From Snowella sp. (GTDB lineage: Bacteria; Cyanobacteriota; Cyanobacteriia; Cyanobacteriales; Microcystaceae): 64,000 nucleotides of DNA. Both the position numbers and the translations under genes were made by a program. Shown piece after piece: positions 60,034-64,000 of this stretch. The stretch spans positions 64,001-128,000 of the forward strand of contig JAYKGY010000104.1 in the NCBI GenBank assembly GCA_035285545.1, written 5' to 3'. The stretch's first letter is position 1. Each line of letters starts with the position of its first letter. The notes under the pieces were generated by a model. That model was not told where the DNA came from and ran no database searches. It was given only the letters and a program-made list of their open reading frames with translations.

Positions 60034-60164
60034 TTCCTTTTTAATAACTTCTCGTAAGCGGCGATCGCGTTAAGACCTAGATTTAATCTGAGGATTGACC
60101 CTATCGCCTAGAATTTTATTTAAGTCCTTGTAAATCTTTATTTTCAAAATAGAACAAATTATTT

Positions 60165-60575
60165 ATGGCTGAACTCGAAACCTATGTCCGTATGGCGGAA
60201 GACGAGCTAACCCAATACAGTACGGAAGCCCGGAAAATCGAAAAACTCCGTCGTAAAATCGCCTTAGCGTTGAACTATCAACAACAGCAACAGCTTCGGG
60301 ATGAGTTATTAGCCGTTATGCCCCAGGGCTTTTTTGCTACCTTGGTGGAAAACAATCGTCAATCCGTTGCCCTACCCTTCTGGGGAATTGCTGGTCTGGG
60401 GCTATTATTCGGCATTTCGTTGCAGCAACCGCTAGATTTTATGGCTCCCGCGATCGCGATTCCCTTGGCCATTACCATTCAACAATGGGGATGGAAGTTA
60501 GAAGCCCAACGTTTAGTCTTAAAAACACTGGATGAGCTAGAAAATCGGATCAAGAATCCGAATACAGCTACTTAA
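60165..60575 (+). CDS. Hypothetical membrane protein
   Basis: 136-aa ORF with two hydrophobic segments. Confidence 0.7.
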   Translation: MAELETYVRMAEDELTQYSTEARKIEKLRRKIALALNYQQQQQLRDELLAVMPQGFFATLVENNRQSVALPFWGIAGLGLLFGISLQQPLDFMAPAIAIPLAITIQQWGWKLEAQRLVLKTLDELENRIKNPNTAT

Positions 60576-60757
60576 CTGGGTTTTTAGCTAGAATTTTATT
60601 ATTGAGCTTCAATTTAAGCGGCTTTTTAATAATTGAACAACCGTTGAATAGGGGGCAAACCTCAATGCATCTCTTCTCTGCGATCGCCGATCAGATCATA
60701 GGTAATAATAGGAGAGAAATTACTTCATCGTTTAAATAAAGCGAATCTGTTCTCCCA

Positions 60758-61210
60758 ATGTCATTAACTTCCAATGCCCTCCCTGAAAATTTGGCTAAAA
60801 TCGTTGAACGGTTTAAGCGTCATGCCGATCCCAAAAAACGCTATGAACAATTATTGTGGTATGCCAAAAAGCTAGAACCAATGCCAGAAGCGGGAAAAGT
60901 TATTGAAAATAAGGTTCAAGGTTGCGTTTCCCAAGTCTATATCACAGCAGACTTGAAAGAAGGAAAAATTTGGTATCAAGGGGATTCCGATGCCCAATTA
61001 GTAAAAGGCTTAGTTGCCTTATTGATTCAGGGTTTAAATGGCTTATCTCCCGAAGAAATTTTAGCAGTTACACCTGATTTTATTAAGGAAACCGGCTTAG
61101 AAGTCAGTTTAACCCCCTCGCGGGCCAACGGTTTTTATAATATTTTTAATTTAATGAAGAAAAAAGCATTAGGATTCCAATTAGGAGAAAATATCGCCGC
61201 CCCTTCTTAA
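60758..61210 (+). CDS. sufE: SufE family Fe-S sulfur acceptor
   Basis: NKVQGCVSQV, GDSDAQLVKGL, LTPSRANG. Confidence 0.95.
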   Translation: MSLTSNALPENLAKIVERFKRHADPKKRYEQLLWYAKKLEPMPEAGKVIENKVQGCVSQVYITADLKEGKIWYQGDSDAQLVKGLVALLIQGLNGLSPEEILAVTPDFIKETGLEVSLTPSRANGFYNIFNLMKKKALGFQLGENIAAPS

Positions 61211-61393
61211 CCGTTGATCTTGAACAAAGCTAAGTGAATAATTATAATCATTCTCAATCAAAATGAAATCATAAAATGCTTTTATCACAAAGCTTTTAGA
61301 ACTTAGAACGACTATTCCGATCAAACTGATGTCGATTTCAACCTTTCCCCCTTCTATTTCAGTAATCCTGTTACGCTTTTTTGCCTTCCGTAA

Positions 61394-63079
<1,686 letters not shown>

Positions 63080-63386
63080 TGGGCTTTTTAAGAACTTCTC
63101 AATTCCAAAAGACGACTGGGGCAAGGGCCTTTGCTTGAAGAAGGAAACCCCGATCAAACTCGGAAAAAAGCTCTGAAATCCCTTTTTATCGCGTCTCTTT
63201 GACCATGAATCTATCTTTAGGTAGAGGCAGAGAGCTTCAATTTCCAGAAAACTGTGATAAAAAGGAATAATACTCGAAAAATAACAGAGTTAAAACTTTC
63301 TGGTCTTCTAAGCTCTTATCTGTTCCGATAAACTTGGAATCACCTTGACTTCAACTACTTTTCACACGGATTAACCGTTTACATCT

Positions 63387-63650
63387 ATGGAAATACAATT
63401 GATCAACATTGGCTTTGGTAACATCGTTTCTGCCAATCGTGTCGTCGCGATCGTTAGCCCTGAATCTGCCCCCATTAAGCGAATCATTACTGACGCACGG
63501 GAACGGGGTCAACTGGTGGATGCAACCTATGGCCGTCGCACTAGAGCCGTAATCATTATGGACTCTAGCCATGTTGTCCTCTCTGCTATTCAACCAGAAA
63601 CCGTTGCCAACCGCTTTGTTGTGAGCAAAGAAGCTGCCAACGTTAATTAA
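63387..63650 (+). CDS. remA: RemA (DUF370) family protein
   Basis: LINIGFGN.V...R..AIV.PESAP.KR...[13 protein letters not shown]; upstream of gmk. Confidence 0.93.
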   Translation: MEIQLINIGFGNIVSANRVVAIVSPESAPIKRIITDARERGQLVDATYGRRTRAVIIMDSSHVVLSAIQPETVANRFVVSKEAANVN

Positions 63651-63665
63651 TCCCCCATTAGGTTC

Positions 63666-64000
63666 ATGTCAATCGGTCAACTTATTGTATTGACAGGCCC
63701 CAGCGGTGTTGGCAAGGGGACTTTGGTGCGGGCCTTGTTGGCTCGGCATGGGGAGTTATTTCTCTCGGTGTCAGCCACAACCCGCGCTCCCCGTCCAGGT
63801 GAAATCGATGGCAGGGAATATTTCTTTGTCACCCAAGCCCAGTTTCAAACCCTGATTGAACAGGGGGAACTGCTGGAATGGGCAGAGTATGCCGGCAATT
63901 ATTACGGGACTCCTCGCGCTTCGGTGGAGTCTCAAGTTGCTTCAGGTAAAAAAGTGATTTTAGAAATTGAGGTGATCGGCGCAAGTCAGGTGAGAAATAC
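63666..64000 (+). CDS. gmk: Guanylate kinase (3' end outside window)
   Basis: Hand translation [20 protein letters not shown]...[21 protein letters not shown]...[15 protein letters not shown]. Confidence 0.96.
   Translation, partial: MSIGQLIVLTGPSGVGKGTLVRALLARHGELFLSVSATTRAPRPGEIDGREYFFVTQAQFQTLIEQGELLEWAEYAGNYYGTPRASVESQVASGKKVILEIEVIGASQVRN

Overview
Chromosomal window from a cyanobacterium (HIP1 GCGATCGC throughout; psaK, psbX, ycf66, ocp/frp, glpX). Most of it is housekeeping: truB, mtnA, glpX, valS, sufE, pyrG, remA, gmk, tRNA-Ser(GCT), tRNA-Val(TAC), transporters and regulators. There are four accessory elements. (1) At 1-10.4 kb, a 5'-truncated RHS protein converges on a 7-gene minus-strand operon. 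The operon encodes two proteins sharing a beta-strand motif (one a 51-aa ORF missing from the ORF track), a Gly-rich protein patterned like a polyproline-II bundle with two CX5C loops, a divergent DMATS/ABBA-like prenyltransferase, a DCC-like thiol-disulfide protein, a PhyH-type dioxygenase and a stand-alone DxDD class II terpene-cyclase-like protein. This is the best candidate for an undescribed system. (2) A tnpB-only IS200/IS605 element splits an RND efflux operon; both ends and a TAM can be inferred. (3) A Tn7-like scar (TniQ/TnsD-like C-terminus plus one transposon end) lies 32 bp downstream of tRNA-Val. (4) An ABC-ATPase + TOPRIM-like (DUF3226-like) islet is flanked by a duplicated, synonymously recoded 3' end of a peroxiredoxin gene. 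A chromosomal CyRepA1-type primase-helicase is also present. No CRISPR array was seen. All family calls come from motif recognition by eye; no database searches were run.
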